Below, piece after piece: positions 1 to 9,368 of a stretch of DNA of 64,000 bases. Source of the stretch: Gammaproteobacteria bacterium. GTDB lineage: Bacteria; Pseudomonadota; Gammaproteobacteria; Steroidobacterales; UBA11654. The notes under the pieces are model-generated. The model made no database searches. It saw nothing but the letters and a program-made list of their open reading frames with translations, and was not told the origin of the DNA. The stretch covers positions 21,496 to 85,495 of the forward strand of contig PBDY01000008.1 in assembly GCA_002717445.1 (NCBI GenBank). The letters are read 5' to 3'. Each line of letters begins with the position of its first letter. The stretch's first letter is position 1. The position numbers were made by a program, and so were the translations under genes.

Positions 1-687
1 AATGATCTTCGGTCAAAAATTGCAAGCGGTGAATCCTTCGAGTCAGTCGCTAGAAATTTCTCTGAAGGGCAACAGTCCTCTAATGGGGGGCGACTGGGAT
101 GGATGAAAGGCAGTGATTTACCTGAAATATTTTTATTGGCAATCAGGAGCGGTAAAATAGGTGAGCTTTCTCAGCCATTTCAGAGTTCCAGTGGCTTTCA
201 CTTGCTTAAGATCAATGGCGTCAAGGGCAATGACCCAGTGATCGAAGAACAGATTAATGTGAGGCATATTCTTATTAAAACAAATGAGATACTCGATGAT
301 GCTGCCGCTGAGGAAAAACTCAAGACGATTCGTACGCAAATCATTGATGAAGGTGACTTTGGTGCTGTTGCCTCTGCTGTGTCTGAAGATCCTGGTTCTG
401 CTCAAGATGGCGGTGATATGGGGTGGGCTCCAAAAGGATTGTTTGTTCCTGAGTTCGAAGAAATTGCTTACTCACTGGGGATGAACCAAATCAGCGCTCC
501 ATTCAAATCAAGATATGGGTGGCACATCATACAGTACTTGGGACAAAGATCGCATGACATCACCGAAGAAGTTCAGAGACGTAAGGCTGTCTCTGCGATA
601 AGGAGCTTGAAGCTTTCTGATGAAGTAGAAATATGGGCCAGAGAACTCAGGGATGAAGCTTATGTTGAGAAGCTTCCATTTGACTGA
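1..687 (+). CDS. surA: Periplasmic chaperone / peptidyl-prolyl isomerase SurA, C-terminal part (5' end outside window)
   Basis: Frame 1 is open from base 1 (NDLRSKIASGESFESVARNF...). Parvulin-type PPIase motifs are present (FHLLKI, GGDMGW, YGWHII). It lies upstream of pdxA-rsmA-apaH, as in the enterobacterial surA operon. Confidence 0.8.
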   Translation, partial: NDLRSKIASGESFESVARNFSEGQQSSNGGRLGWMKGSDLPEIFLLAIRSGKIGELSQPFQSSSGFHLLKINGVKGNDPVIEEQINVRHILIKTNEILDDAAAEEKLKTIRTQIIDEGDFGAVASAVSEDPGSAQDGGDMGWAPKGLFVPEFEEIAYSLGMNQISAPFKSRYGWHIIQYLGQRSHDITEEVQRRKAVSAIRSLKLSDEVEIWARELRDEAYVEKLPFD

Positions 688-705
688 TTTCCTAGCCGCA
701 TAATA

Positions 706-1695
706 ATGTCTGAACTATATGCTGTAACATCGGGTGACCCAGCCGGTATTGGACCAGATATCTCTCTCAAAATTGCCCTCAGGGATGATAGTCATCAATT
801 TGTTGTATTCGGGAATGTCGATTTACTCAGGGAAAGGGCTGAAATGCATAAAATGGACGTTAAATTTATTGAATTTGACGAATCAATGACAGACTCACAA
901 ATCCAGAAGAATACTCTTTTGGTTAAAAATTTTAGGCTGAATGAAATTGTTAAATCAGGAACAATGAATCCTCAAAATGGTTCTTACGTTCTATCCCTGA
1001 TAGACGATGCCGTTAAAGGCTGTCTTGCCGGTCAGTTTTCTGGCTGCATTACCGGACCAGTAAACAAGGAAGCAATTACCAAAAGCGGTTACGAATTCTC
1101 AGGCCACACTGAATATATTGGCAAGCTTTGCGGTCAAAACCCGGTGATGTCATTTGTTTCAGACCAAATGAAAATTGCCTTAATCACAACCCATCTTCCA
1201 CTTAAAGATGTTCCGGCTCATATTACGACCGATCGAATTATAGATGTTGCTAGAATTATCTACTCTGATCTCATTAATTATTTTGGCCTAGAAAATCCCA
1301 AAATCGGAATTGTAGGACTCAATCCTCATGCGGGAGAGAATGGATGTATTGGCAAAGAGGAAGAAGAAATATTTTCCCCAGCTCTAAGAACGTTGAGTAA
1401 TGAGGGTATTGATATTGATGGGCCCTATGCCGCGGATACAATTTTTCTGAATGAAACAGGACATGACCTAATCATAAGCATTTTTCATGATCAAATTCTG
1501 CCTTTGTTTAAGTTTGCAAACCCTCATCTCTCAACAAATGTAACCATGGGACTAAAAATTATCAGGACATCTGTGGATCATGGTGTGGCTTTTGATAAAG
1601 TGGGAATGCAAGATATCAATCATCAGAGCCTCTATCATGCCTTAGATACTGCGAAGTCAATGGCTTACTCTTATGAAAAAACCAAGTCATATTAG
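706..1695 (+). CDS. pdxA: 4-hydroxythreonine-4-phosphate dehydrogenase
   Basis: 329 aa with PdxA-like motifs (SGDPAGIGPD, SGHTEY, GLNPHAGENG). The ATG lies 18 nt after the surA stop, in the conserved operon position. Confidence 0.9.
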   Translation: MSELYAVTSGDPAGIGPDISLKIALRDDSHQFVVFGNVDLLRERAEMHKMDVKFIEFDESMTDSQIQKNTLLVKNFRLNEIVKSGTMNPQNGSYVLSLIDDAVKGCLAGQFSGCITGPVNKEAITKSGYEFSGHTEYIGKLCGQNPVMSFVSDQMKIALITTHLPLKDVPAHITTDRIIDVARIIYSDLINYFGLENPKIGIVGLNPHAGENGCIGKEEEEIFSPALRTLSNEGIDIDGPYAADTIFLNETGHDLIISIFHDQILPLFKFANPHLSTNVTMGLKIIRTSVDHGVAFDKVGMQDINHQSLYHALDTAKSMAYSYEKTKSY

Positions 1696-2449
1696 AGCTA
1701 AAAAACACTTAAGTCAGAACTTTTTGACCGACGAAAACGTGATCAATAAGATTATTCGGTCCTTTAGCTTAATGGACGATGACCACGTTGTTGAAATTGG
1801 TCCTGGATATGGATCAATGACTTTCCCAATCATAGAAATCATCGAGTCAATTGATGTGATTGAACTGGATAAAAATCTTGTTAAACACTTGAATGAGAAT
1901 GATCATAAAAAATCAGTCAATGTAATCCAGGCAGATGCTTTGAGCTTTGATTTTTCATCGCTTTTGAAAAAAAAGCCCATGCGACTCATTGGTAATTTGC
2001 CCTACCATATTTCAACGCCTTTACTGTTTCATTTGCTAGGTTTTTCTGAAATCTTTCAAGATTTTCATATCATGGTGCAAAAGGAAGTTGCGGATCGAAT
2101 GGCAAGCATCCATGGCAATAAGACTTATGGAAGATTGTCGGTCGCAATCCAATCAAGATGTGTAGTATCAAAGATCCTCGATATAAAGCCGGGTGCATTT
2201 CATCCCAGGCCTAAAGTTCTCTCTTCAATTGTCAAGCTTGTACCAAAAGCATCGCTAGGAACAGAGATGCATTCAAGACTGGATCGGATCATAAAAATTG
2301 CTTTCAATCAAAGAAGAAAGAAGGTTCGTAATTCGCTAAAAGAAATCTTTAGCCCAGAGGTGATTTCTGCTTGTGGAATTGACCCAAATTTTAGGGCTGA
2401 AAATCTCAGTGTCGAAGATTATATAAGGTTATCAGAACTTAAAGGATAG
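1673..2449 (+). CDS. rsmA: 16S rRNA (adenine1518/1519-N6)-dimethyltransferase
   Basis: 258 aa with KsgA/RsmA motifs (KKHLSQNFL, VEIGPGYGSMT, GNLPYHISTPL). It overlaps the pdxA 3' end by 23 nt. Confidence 0.9.
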   Translation: MKKPSHIRAKKHLSQNFLTDENVINKIIRSFSLMDDDHVVEIGPGYGSMTFPIIEIIESIDVIELDKNLVKHLNENDHKKSVNVIQADALSFDFSSLLKKKPMRLIGNLPYHISTPLLFHLLGFSEIFQDFHIMVQKEVADRMASIHGNKTYGRLSVAIQSRCVVSKILDIKPGAFHPRPKVLSSIVKLVPKASLGTEMHSRLDRIIKIAFNQRRKKVRNSLKEIFSPEVISACGIDPNFRAENLSVEDYIRLSELKG

Positions 2450-2454
2450 GTTTG

Positions 2455-3270
2455 ATGAGGAAAATAGTCATTGGTGATGTTCAGGGGTGTTTGGATGAGC
2501 TCAAGGGATTGCTTGAAAAAATCGATTTTGTTTCATCCTCAGATCAATTAATCTTTTTAGGGGACCTTGTCAATCGAGGCCCGAAATCGCTTGAAGTGCT
2601 GGAATATTTATACTCCATGGATCATTGTGTAGTGAATACTCTTGGCAATCATGATCTGCATTTAATTGCCCTTGCAATGACCGATCGACCCTATCGTGAA
2701 AAAGACCAGTCACTATGGCCAATTCTAAATTCAAAAAATAAAACGGGTCTTATCGAGTGGCTTAGACACCAGCCTATAATGCATGAAGAGCCCGCCTTGG
2801 AATCAATCATGGTTCATGCAGGTATTCATCCTTCTTGGGACATATTGCAAGCCAGATCAATGGCAAGAGAGATTGAGTCGCTTTTGCAAAGCAATAATGC
2901 TTCATCGGTTTTGAGTGAAATGTATTCCGATGACTCCTGGTCGTCTGATTTAGAAGGCGCCTCTAGAGTAAATTCGATCATCAACAGCTTCACAAGAATG
3001 CGATTTTTAGATCAATATGGTGTCTGCAACTTTACCGAGAAGAATGCCCCCAAAGACAATGATGATTCACTCATGCCATGGTTCATGAATCAAGAAATGA
3101 AAATTAAGGATATGAATATTTTCTTCGGACACTGGTCAACTTTGGGAGACTTTCGGTTCGAGAATGTCTTCTGCTTAGACGCGGGATGTGTCTGGGGCGG
3201 TGAAATGATTGCGATCGATCTTAATCAACCCCTAGAAAAGATAAAATTTCAAAGTTTTATATCGAAATAG
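2455..3270 (+). CDS. apaH: Bis(5'-nucleosyl)-tetraphosphatase, symmetrical (Ap4A hydrolase)
   Basis: Metallophosphatase motifs [14 protein letters not shown] and GNHD. The track ORF starts at TTG 2452; the in-frame ATG at 2455 is preferred. It follows rsmA as in E. coli, but no apaG lies between them. Confidence 0.85.
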   Translation: MRKIVIGDVQGCLDELKGLLEKIDFVSSSDQLIFLGDLVNRGPKSLEVLEYLYSMDHCVVNTLGNHDLHLIALAMTDRPYREKDQSLWPILNSKNKTGLIEWLRHQPIMHEEPALESIMVHAGIHPSWDILQARSMAREIESLLQSNNASSVLSEMYSDDSWSSDLEGASRVNSIINSFTRMRFLDQYGVCNFTEKNAPKDNDDSLMPWFMNQEMKIKDMNIFFGHWSTLGDFRFENVFCLDAGCVWGGEMIAIDLNQPLEKIKFQSFISK

Positions 3271-4093
3271 GTGCTGATATATGGGGATAAGACTCATAAT
3301 TAATGAGCTCAAAATCCTCATATTTGTAGTCATAAATTGATTCGGGCTTTCTTTTGATATTCATTTTAGGCAGTGGATAGGGCTCCCTTTTTAGCTGTTC
3401 ATTGGCCTGCTCTAAATGATTGAGATATAAATGCACATCCCCTCCTGTCCAAATGAAATCACCAACGTCTAAATCACATTGTTGTGCAATCATGTGTGTC
3501 AATAAACTGTATGAAGCAATATTGAACCCCAATCCTAAAAATGTATCGCAACTTCTCTGATACAACTGACATGAAAGTTTTCCTTGCGAAACAAAAAATT
3601 GAAAAAATGCATGGCATGGGGCCAATGCCATCTTTCCTTTTTTGACATTTTCTTGAGGGGGAATACTTTCATCCGGTAAATCGGCAACATTCCAAGCGCT
3701 GACAATGATTCTTCTTGATGAAGGGTTGTTTCGGATTTGTTCAATGACTTGATCGATCTGATCAATGTGTTGTCCATTGTTGTGATCAAACCAATTTCTC
3801 CACTGAAATCCATAGATTGGACCTAGGTCTCCAGTCTCTGTTTCCCACTCATCCCAGATGTGAACATCATTATCTTTGAGGACGGTATTGTCTGTAGAGC
3901 CATCCAAAAACCACAAGAGCTCATAGACAACTCCTTTAAAAAAGATCTTCTTTGTTGTCAAAATTGGAAAACCTTGTTTCAAATTGAACCGCATTTGGTG
4001 CCCAAAAAAACTCTTGGTGCCTGTCCCGGTTCTGTCGTCCTTGACTTGTCCCTCATCGAGAATCTTTTGTAATAAGTCTAGATACTGCTTCAA
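3257..4093 (-). CDS. thyA: Thymidylate synthase (ThyA type)
   Basis: 278 aa with classic ThyA blocks ([27 protein letters not shown] with catalytic Cys, DVHLYLNH). Its 3' end overlaps the convergent apaH 3' end by 14 nt. Confidence 0.95.
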   Translation of the reverse strand: MKQYLDLLQKILDEGQVKDDRTGTGTKSFFGHQMRFNLKQGFPILTTKKIFFKGVVYELLWFLDGSTDNTVLKDNDVHIWDEWETETGDLGPIYGFQWRNWFDHNNGQHIDQIDQVIEQIRNNPSSRRIIVSAWNVADLPDESIPPQENVKKGKMALAPCHAFFQFFVSQGKLSCQLYQRSCDTFLGLGFNIASYSLLTHMIAQQCDLDVGDFIWTGGDVHLYLNHLEQANEQLKREPYPLPKMNIKRKPESIYDYKYEDFELINYESYPHISAPISI

Positions 4094-4120
4094 AGCTTTT
4101 CCTTATTTTCTTTGTCTGCT

Positions 4121-4906
4121 TTATTCTTCTTTTAATTTATGCCTGATTATAATCCATAAACCCAAGATTAGCATTGGCAATGAGAGCACTTGGCCAAGTG
4201 TTAGCCATTCACTATAGAGATAGCCAATATGAAAATCGGGCATTCTAAAAAACTCAATTAAGATTCTAAAAAATCCGTAGTAAAATAAGAAAGCAGCGGC
4301 AACCAGGCCGCGTCCTCTTTGTACTCGAGAATAGGTCCATAATATTATGAATAGGATCAAGCCTTCTAATATTGCCTCATATAATTGGGTTGGATGCCTA
4401 ACAACACCCTCTACAAGAAATCCTAGGGCAATATCCGTTGGGCTGCCCCACAATTCGTTATTTATAAAATTACCCAATCGTCCAAGACCCAATCCAATGG
4501 GTACAAGTGGTGCAATAAAATCGATGAGCGACACAAAATCCACTTTCACATTGGATGAAAAAATCCTTGCAGCTACTATTACTCCTATAAAACCACCGTG
4601 GAAAGACATGCCACCTTGCCAAACTTGAGGCACTCTTGCTAACCAAGGTATTGGATCTGAAATAAGAGATTCTGTGTCATAAAACAACATGTAACCCAAC
4701 CTACCGCCAACAATGACACCGACAGCAGAATAAAAAATTAAATCCTCGATCTGTTCATTGACCAAAGGAGACCAATCTTTTTTTGTCCTTTTCATAGCCA
4801 GCCAATAAGCTGCAACAAACCCCAATAGATACATCAAGCCATACCAGGCTATATGGATTGGCCCAAGGGAGAATGCAATTGGATTAATTTCTGGATAAAC
4901 AAACAT
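4121..4906 (-). CDS. lgt: Prolipoprotein diacylglyceryl transferase
   Basis: 261 aa polytopic membrane protein with Lgt motifs (GGRLGY, GGMSFHGG, GRLGNFINNELWG, HPTQLYE). It lies upstream of thyA, as in the E. coli lgt-thyA operon. Confidence 0.9.
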   Translation of the reverse strand: MFVYPEINPIAFSLGPIHIAWYGLMYLLGFVAAYWLAMKRTKKDWSPLVNEQIEDLIFYSAVGVIVGGRLGYMLFYDTESLISDPIPWLARVPQVWQGGMSFHGGFIGVIVAARIFSSNVKVDFVSLIDFIAPLVPIGLGLGRLGNFINNELWGSPTDIALGFLVEGVVRHPTQLYEAILEGLILFIILWTYSRVQRGRGLVAAAFLFYYGFFRILIEFFRMPDFHIGYLYSEWLTLGQVLSLPMLILGLWIIIRHKLKEE

Positions 4907-5751
4907 TACCAGGGAAGGACTCTCTCATCGACATTAATCGCTTTGTTTCCATTCTCCTTGAGTGTTTCTTGCGAGAGAGTATCAATGATGTTAATCAGGC
5001 TTTTAGCGCTCTCATCCGGTGTAATTTTATTAGGCCCTCTGTAACCAGACTCTGCCAATAATTTCGTATCAACTTGTCCAGGTGCAATTAAAGCAGAAAT
5101 AATGCCCTGCTTTCTGAGGCTTGCATTCATTGCTACAACAGCCATATTCAATGCTGCTTTACTCATCCGGTAAAAATAAAAATAACTCTGGTTGGCCGTG
5201 ATTTGCATCGAACCCAGTCCACTTGTCATTGAGACGATCTTCTTTTGTTGACTCATCGATACATGCTCAATAAATGCTTCTGAAACCTTCAATGGAGCCA
5301 GGGTGTTTACTGCAAATACCTGTTCAAATGTTTGCTCATTCAGTGCTCCAAATACCTGGTCCTTAACCTCGCCTAAAATGCCTGCATTGTTCAAAAGAAC
5401 ATCAATCGGTATGCCATTATATTTCTTTGCCAAAGCAACAATTTGCTCCTGTGATGTCACGTCCAATTGTTCGATATTAACGTTACTGTATTCCTTTTTG
5501 AGTGAGGCCAGTTCCGCTGCTCTGTTTGGCTTCCTGCAAGTCGCGATGACATTCCAACCTTGTTCCGCATAATTCTGAGCAAGGGCCAGACCAATCCCCC
5601 TATTTGAGCCCGTTATCAGCACCGTTGATTTATCTTGATCAATGGTTGGGTGTTCGCTAGCAATGACCTTGGTGCCTGCTGAAGCAAAAAGAAAGACTGC
5701 AATCATAACCATCGTCAAAGGTTTGATTTGATCTGATTTAAAAATTTTCAT
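4906..5751 (-). CDS. Short-chain dehydrogenase/reductase (SDR) with N-terminal signal/anchor sequence
   Basis: Has TGSNRGIG (TGxxxGxG) and YRMSKAALN (YxxxK). A hydrophobic N-terminus (LTMVMIAVFLFASAGTKVIA) precedes the Rossmann fold. Its stop shares 1 nt with the lgt start. Confidence 0.8.
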   Translation of the reverse strand: MKIFKSDQIKPLTMVMIAVFLFASAGTKVIASEHPTIDQDKSTVLITGSNRGIGLALAQNYAEQGWNVIATCRKPNRAAELASLKKEYSNVNIEQLDVTSQEQIVALAKKYNGIPIDVLLNNAGILGEVKDQVFGALNEQTFEQVFAVNTLAPLKVSEAFIEHVSMSQQKKIVSMTSGLGSMQITANQSYFYFYRMSKAALNMAVVAMNASLRKQGIISALIAPGQVDTKLLAESGYRGPNKITPDESAKSLINIIDTLSQETLKENGNKAINVDERVLPW

Positions 5752-5878
5752 ACACGGCTCCTTTTTTATTCCTTTATTTCGCTTTTAATTCTAAATGATC
5801 TTAAACAGCTTGGACATCTCGTTTGTCTGATGAGCATTTAAATAATAGAATTAGATTAGCATCTATTGGAGTACAAGC

Positions 5879-6274
5879 ATGGCGTTTATGAAATACATTC
5901 TTTCGGGCATTGTAATAATTTTTTTTACGAATGGCACCGTCCTAGGCAGCCATCATCATGACAGCGAATCAAACAAGCCCAGCGGAGATGGCCATTGTGC
6001 TTATATGGCTGACAATCCATTTGCTGGTATTCCATATAAGGCATGTAGAACCAATGTTTCAGAAAATTTTTGCAAGGCATTTGCTGAAGTTGGTGATGGA
6101 GTGGTGACAATTCTAGATCCTAACTATGGCGAAGGAGACTGCCCAAGGGAGTCATCAATAGGTTCTTGCGAAAGAGGCGGATGGGAAGAAGTCTATTACG
6201 AAGATAACAACCAAGGTCCGATGGGCGTAAAGTTTGGTTGCAACTTTGCTGGGGATTGGATTAAGCCAAGATAA
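5879..6274 (+). CDS. Hypothetical secreted small protein, His-rich N-terminus, six Cys
   Basis: 131 aa with a signal-peptide-like N-terminus (ILSGIVIIFFTNGTVLG), then SHHHDSES. Six spaced cysteines. A GGAG Shine-Dalgarno lies 7 nt upstream of the ATG. I recognise no family. Confidence 0.55.
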   Translation: MAFMKYILSGIVIIFFTNGTVLGSHHHDSESNKPSGDGHCAYMADNPFAGIPYKACRTNVSENFCKAFAEVGDGVVTILDPNYGEGDCPRESSIGSCERGGWEEVYYEDNNQGPMGVKFGCNFAGDWIKPR

Positions 6275-6294
6275 AAACTCAAATGAATCCAACA

Positions 6295-6338
6295 GTAAAC
6301 ATCTGTCGAACTGTTTCGTTGATCGTGAAATCAACGGA
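6295..6338 (+). promoter_or_regulatory. Candidate ECF-type promoter (GTAAAC-N16-CGTT) overlapping a 9-bp hairpin/palindrome
   Basis: GTAAAC lies at 6295-6300 and CGTT at 6317-6320, separated by 16 nt. The inverted repeat TTCGTTGAT (6315-6323) / ATCAACGGA (6330-6338, one G-U position) lies 54 nt upstream of the sigma GTG. The functional reading is speculative. Confidence 0.2.
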
Positions 6339-6391
6339 ATGGGGGATCTTTTGAGCTCAAGCAGTAAAAAATTTCAATCAAGAGGCTTGCT

Positions 6392-6970
6392 GTGAATAGC
6401 AATAACAACGATGCCATCTTGGATCTTATTGCAAAAGGCCGCCCTGGTTCATTCGAGATGTTGATTGAGAAGTATGGCAATCTTGTCTGGTCAATAGGAA
6501 AAAAGTTCTTATACAATCAATCCGATCTTGAAGATGCAGTCCAAGAAGTGATGATTGCGATATGGAAATCTGCTGACAAATTTGATCCAAACAAAGCTGC
6601 TGAGATTACTTTTATTTCAATGATCGCAAGGAGAAGATTTATTGATTACCTAAGAAAGATTACAAAACATAAATCTGAAGATTCAATGGATGATGAGAAT
6701 AATAATATTAACCTTTACAAAGAATCGCTACTAAATGAAGAAACAGACCTTGCGCTTGTCAAATCCGCCATTGAGGAGTTGGATGCGGATGGGCAAGAAT
6801 TGCTGCGCCTATCTGTCTACGAAGGATACAGCCACTCAGAGATTTCAGAAATACTGCATATCCCATTGGGAACCGTCAAAACAAGAATTAGAAGAAATTT
6901 AATGAAACTGAAAGACACCTTTGCAACGAATAAAATTCAGTCGAAGGTAATTCAATTTAAAAATGGATAG
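6392..6970 (+). CDS. ECF-type RNA polymerase sigma factor (sigma-70 family, group 4)
   Basis: 192 aa with a region 2 block (DLEDAVQEVMIAIWKSADKFDP) and a region 4 HTH (GYSHSEISEILHIPLGTVKTRIRR). GTG start with AGAGG 6 nt upstream. Confidence 0.85.
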   Translation: MNSNNNDAILDLIAKGRPGSFEMLIEKYGNLVWSIGKKFLYNQSDLEDAVQEVMIAIWKSADKFDPNKAAEITFISMIARRRFIDYLRKITKHKSEDSMDDENNNINLYKESLLNEETDLALVKSAIEELDADGQELLRLSVYEGYSHSEISEILHIPLGTVKTRIRRNLMKLKDTFATNKIQSKVIQFKNG

Positions 6971-7778
6971 AACGCAAGAAAAACTAAATAAACTTTTAGA
7001 TCTTCTCTCTATGAGGTCATGCCAGTCGCTGACCCATATAGAAGAGCTTGAGCTGAATCATCTTCTGGATGAATTTCCTGAGTACACACCTGACTATTTT
7101 GAACCCATTACTGCTCTTGCCGATGCCTCTATGTATGCTCATGATGAGCAAAATCTCTCAGGTATGCCGGAAGCGCTGAAAAATAAGATTCTCAGTAATT
7201 TTAGGCCTGAGTACACTGGGTCTTCTGTCCTTCAAGTTTTCAAAAAAATCTTTGAGGCTCCTAGATTGGCCTGGACCATGACTTGCTTATTGGCAATAGG
7301 TACATCGATCTCAATGATCGAATTCAGAAACTATGAAACAAACTATCGCAATCTATCAGTGAAGAAGGCTGTTTTGGAGTTCTCATCCAAAGATCTCATT
7401 CAATACAATTGGTTCGCTCAAACAGACGATTTTTGCGACTGCTCCGGTAATGTGATTTGGAGTGATGATGGGCAAAGGGGTTTCATTACTCTGGCTGGAC
7501 TGCCTATGAATGATCCTTCTGAAAATCAGTATCAAATATGGATTGTCGATCCCAAAATGCATGCAAATCCAGTGGATGGTGGAGTGTTTAATATAACCAG
7601 CATAGATTCGCCAACAGTCATACCGATCAATCCAAAACTACCGATTGAAAAAGCAAGGGGTTTTGCAATCACATTGGAACAATCCGGTGGTGTTGTTATC
7701 TCAGAACAGTCGTTGATACTTACGGCGCCTAAAGAGCGCCCTCAGAGCACATACGACAATAGTTCTGCCTCGATCTAA
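6963..7778 (+). CDS. Putative anti-sigma factor (single-pass, RskA-like periplasmic domain)
   Basis: Overlaps the sigma gene by 8 nt. It has one central TM segment (LAWTMTCLLAIGTSISMI). The C-terminal block (YQIWIVDP...GGVF...GFAITLEQSGG) resembles the anti-sigma-K/RskA C-terminal domain. Confidence 0.6.
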   Translation: MDRTQEKLNKLLDLLSMRSCQSLTHIEELELNHLLDEFPEYTPDYFEPITALADASMYAHDEQNLSGMPEALKNKILSNFRPEYTGSSVLQVFKKIFEAPRLAWTMTCLLAIGTSISMIEFRNYETNYRNLSVKKAVLEFSSKDLIQYNWFAQTDDFCDCSGNVIWSDDGQRGFITLAGLPMNDPSENQYQIWIVDPKMHANPVDGGVFNITSIDSPTVIPINPKLPIEKARGFAITLEQSGGVVISEQSLILTAPKERPQSTYDNSSASI

Positions 7779-7956
7779 TAGAATCAATCAAATAATTAAT
7801 TGCATTCAAAATGGATGTTTATGAGCCAATGAATGGAATCCCTTGTTTGGAAGAGTGAGTAGATAGAAACTTCAGAAATTGCTTTAGGGGCATACAACTC
7901 ATAAACTACCTACTCGCAGTAAAATTCGTTCACCTTCTTAAATTAGATTTACTAAC

Positions 7957-8916
7957 TTGAAAAAAATAATCAAAAGAATATTTCAAGCAATTGTTCTCAC
8001 GATTTGCACCGCTTATGCTTTCTTGATTGTCTATGCTTACATGCCAAACGAGACAATCTCATTGAATGAGCTCCAAAGCAATGATGATGCGTTTTTTCGA
8101 CACGATGATCATCGTGTCAGATACCAATCATTTTCAGAATTAAGTTCAGAAAAGCCCAATCTGATACTGATCCATGGATTTGGAAACAGTCTCGGAACTT
8201 GGGAAAGCTTGGCTCCGAAATTAAGTAAAACATACAACGTTTATGCGATAGACATGCTTGGGTTTGGTTTGTCTGAGAAGCCAGTATATTATCAATACAC
8301 CAATGCCAATCAAGCGTCCATCATTCAATCATTTGCAGAGATTATGAATTTTGACTCATTTATCGTGGGCGGTCACTCACTCGGGGGTGCGGTTGCAATG
8401 CACGCAGCCATGAATAATCAAAAAGCACAGGGGTTGATATTGTTCAACCCGGGAATCATAAATACAGGCGTTCCTGAATTCTCTAAATACCTGAACTTAA
8501 TCTTCCCAATGTCAAGAGTGTCAGCGAAGCAGTTTACAAACAGAGAGTTTAGAAAAGGTTTTCTGAAGATGTCATATCACAATTCGATAATTGTGACGGA
8601 TCAGGTCATGGATAGAGTCATGCTTGGCAGTCAAACGGCTGATTATATTTCAGGAATGAGCAGCATGCTCAGTAAATACTACGAGGCCAATGAGGCCGAA
8701 CTCATGGGCGAAGTTCAACTGCCAACGCTGATTGTTTTTGGCATTGAAGATCGAAATAAAAGCATGGATGAGGCTTTGCAGCTTAAAGATGGTTTTATGA
8801 ATAGTCGCTTAGAGATCATCCAAGATGCTGGGCATTATGTGCACGAAGAATCCCCCGATTCCGTTTCGAAAATTATCATCGAATCAGTAAAATTTCTTAC
8901 AGACAATAATGAATGA
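7957..8916 (+). CDS. Alpha/beta-fold hydrolase, membrane-anchored or secreted
   Basis: Has HGFG oxyanion-type motif, nucleophile elbow GGHSLGG and a C-terminal DAGHYVHEE. Hydrophobic N-terminus. TTG start. Confidence 0.75.
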   Translation: MKKIIKRIFQAIVLTICTAYAFLIVYAYMPNETISLNELQSNDDAFFRHDDHRVRYQSFSELSSEKPNLILIHGFGNSLGTWESLAPKLSKTYNVYAIDMLGFGLSEKPVYYQYTNANQASIIQSFAEIMNFDSFIVGGHSLGGAVAMHAAMNNQKAQGLILFNPGIINTGVPEFSKYLNLIFPMSRVSAKQFTNREFRKGFLKMSYHNSIIVTDQVMDRVMLGSQTADYISGMSSMLSKYYEANEAELMGEVQLPTLIVFGIEDRNKSMDEALQLKDGFMNSRLEIIQDAGHYVHEESPDSVSKIIIESVKFLTDNNE

Positions 8917-9358
8917 AATTGTAAAAGCTGAAAATAAGCATCTGGAAGAATTGGGCAGACTATTCAATCTTTATCGCATCTTCTATCAAGAAGAGGATGA
9001 CCTTGAAAAGGCATCTAAATACATATCGTCAAGATTCAATGATGGTGACTCTATGATTTTTGTGGCTGAAAAAGGTGACACCAAACTTGCTGGGTTTGTC
9101 CAACTCTATCCTTCTTTTTGCTCAGTGAGTGCGGTCCCCATTCTTATCCTTTATGATTTATTTGTTGACCACTCACAACGAAGCAAAGGCATTGGTCGCT
9201 TATTGATGAATGCTGCGAGAGATTTTGCAAAAGAAAATGGCTATGGAAGACTTGAGCTATCTACCGCAAAAGATAATCGTATTGGTCAATCGCTTTATGA
9301 ATCATTGGGCTATGAGCTAGACCAAGAATTTCTACATTACAGCCTTAATGTAGACTAA
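8909..9358 (+). CDS. GNAT family N-acetyltransferase
   Basis: 149 aa with an acetyl-CoA binding motif (QRSKGIGRLLMNAA). It overlaps the upstream hydrolase stop by 8 nt. Confidence 0.8.
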   Translation: MNEIVKAENKHLEELGRLFNLYRIFYQEEDDLEKASKYISSRFNDGDSMIFVAEKGDTKLAGFVQLYPSFCSVSAVPILILYDLFVDHSQRSKGIGRLLMNAARDFAKENGYGRLELSTAKDNRIGQSLYESLGYELDQEFLHYSLNVD

Positions 9359-9368
9359 CAATCACCGA

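Noticed and set aside
2450-2455. Absence of apaG between rsmA and apaH.
   Set aside because: This is a real difference from the E. coli operon, with only 2-5 nt between the genes. Gene loss in a compact genome is the simplest explanation, so it is not noteworthy on its own.
7857-7915. A long-range imperfect inverted repeat GAGTAGATAG...CTACCTACTC in the 178-nt gap after the anti-sigma gene.
   Set aside because: It has a 9/10 match with a roughly 40-nt loop and no U-tract. It could arise by chance in this spacer, and I see no supporting feature.
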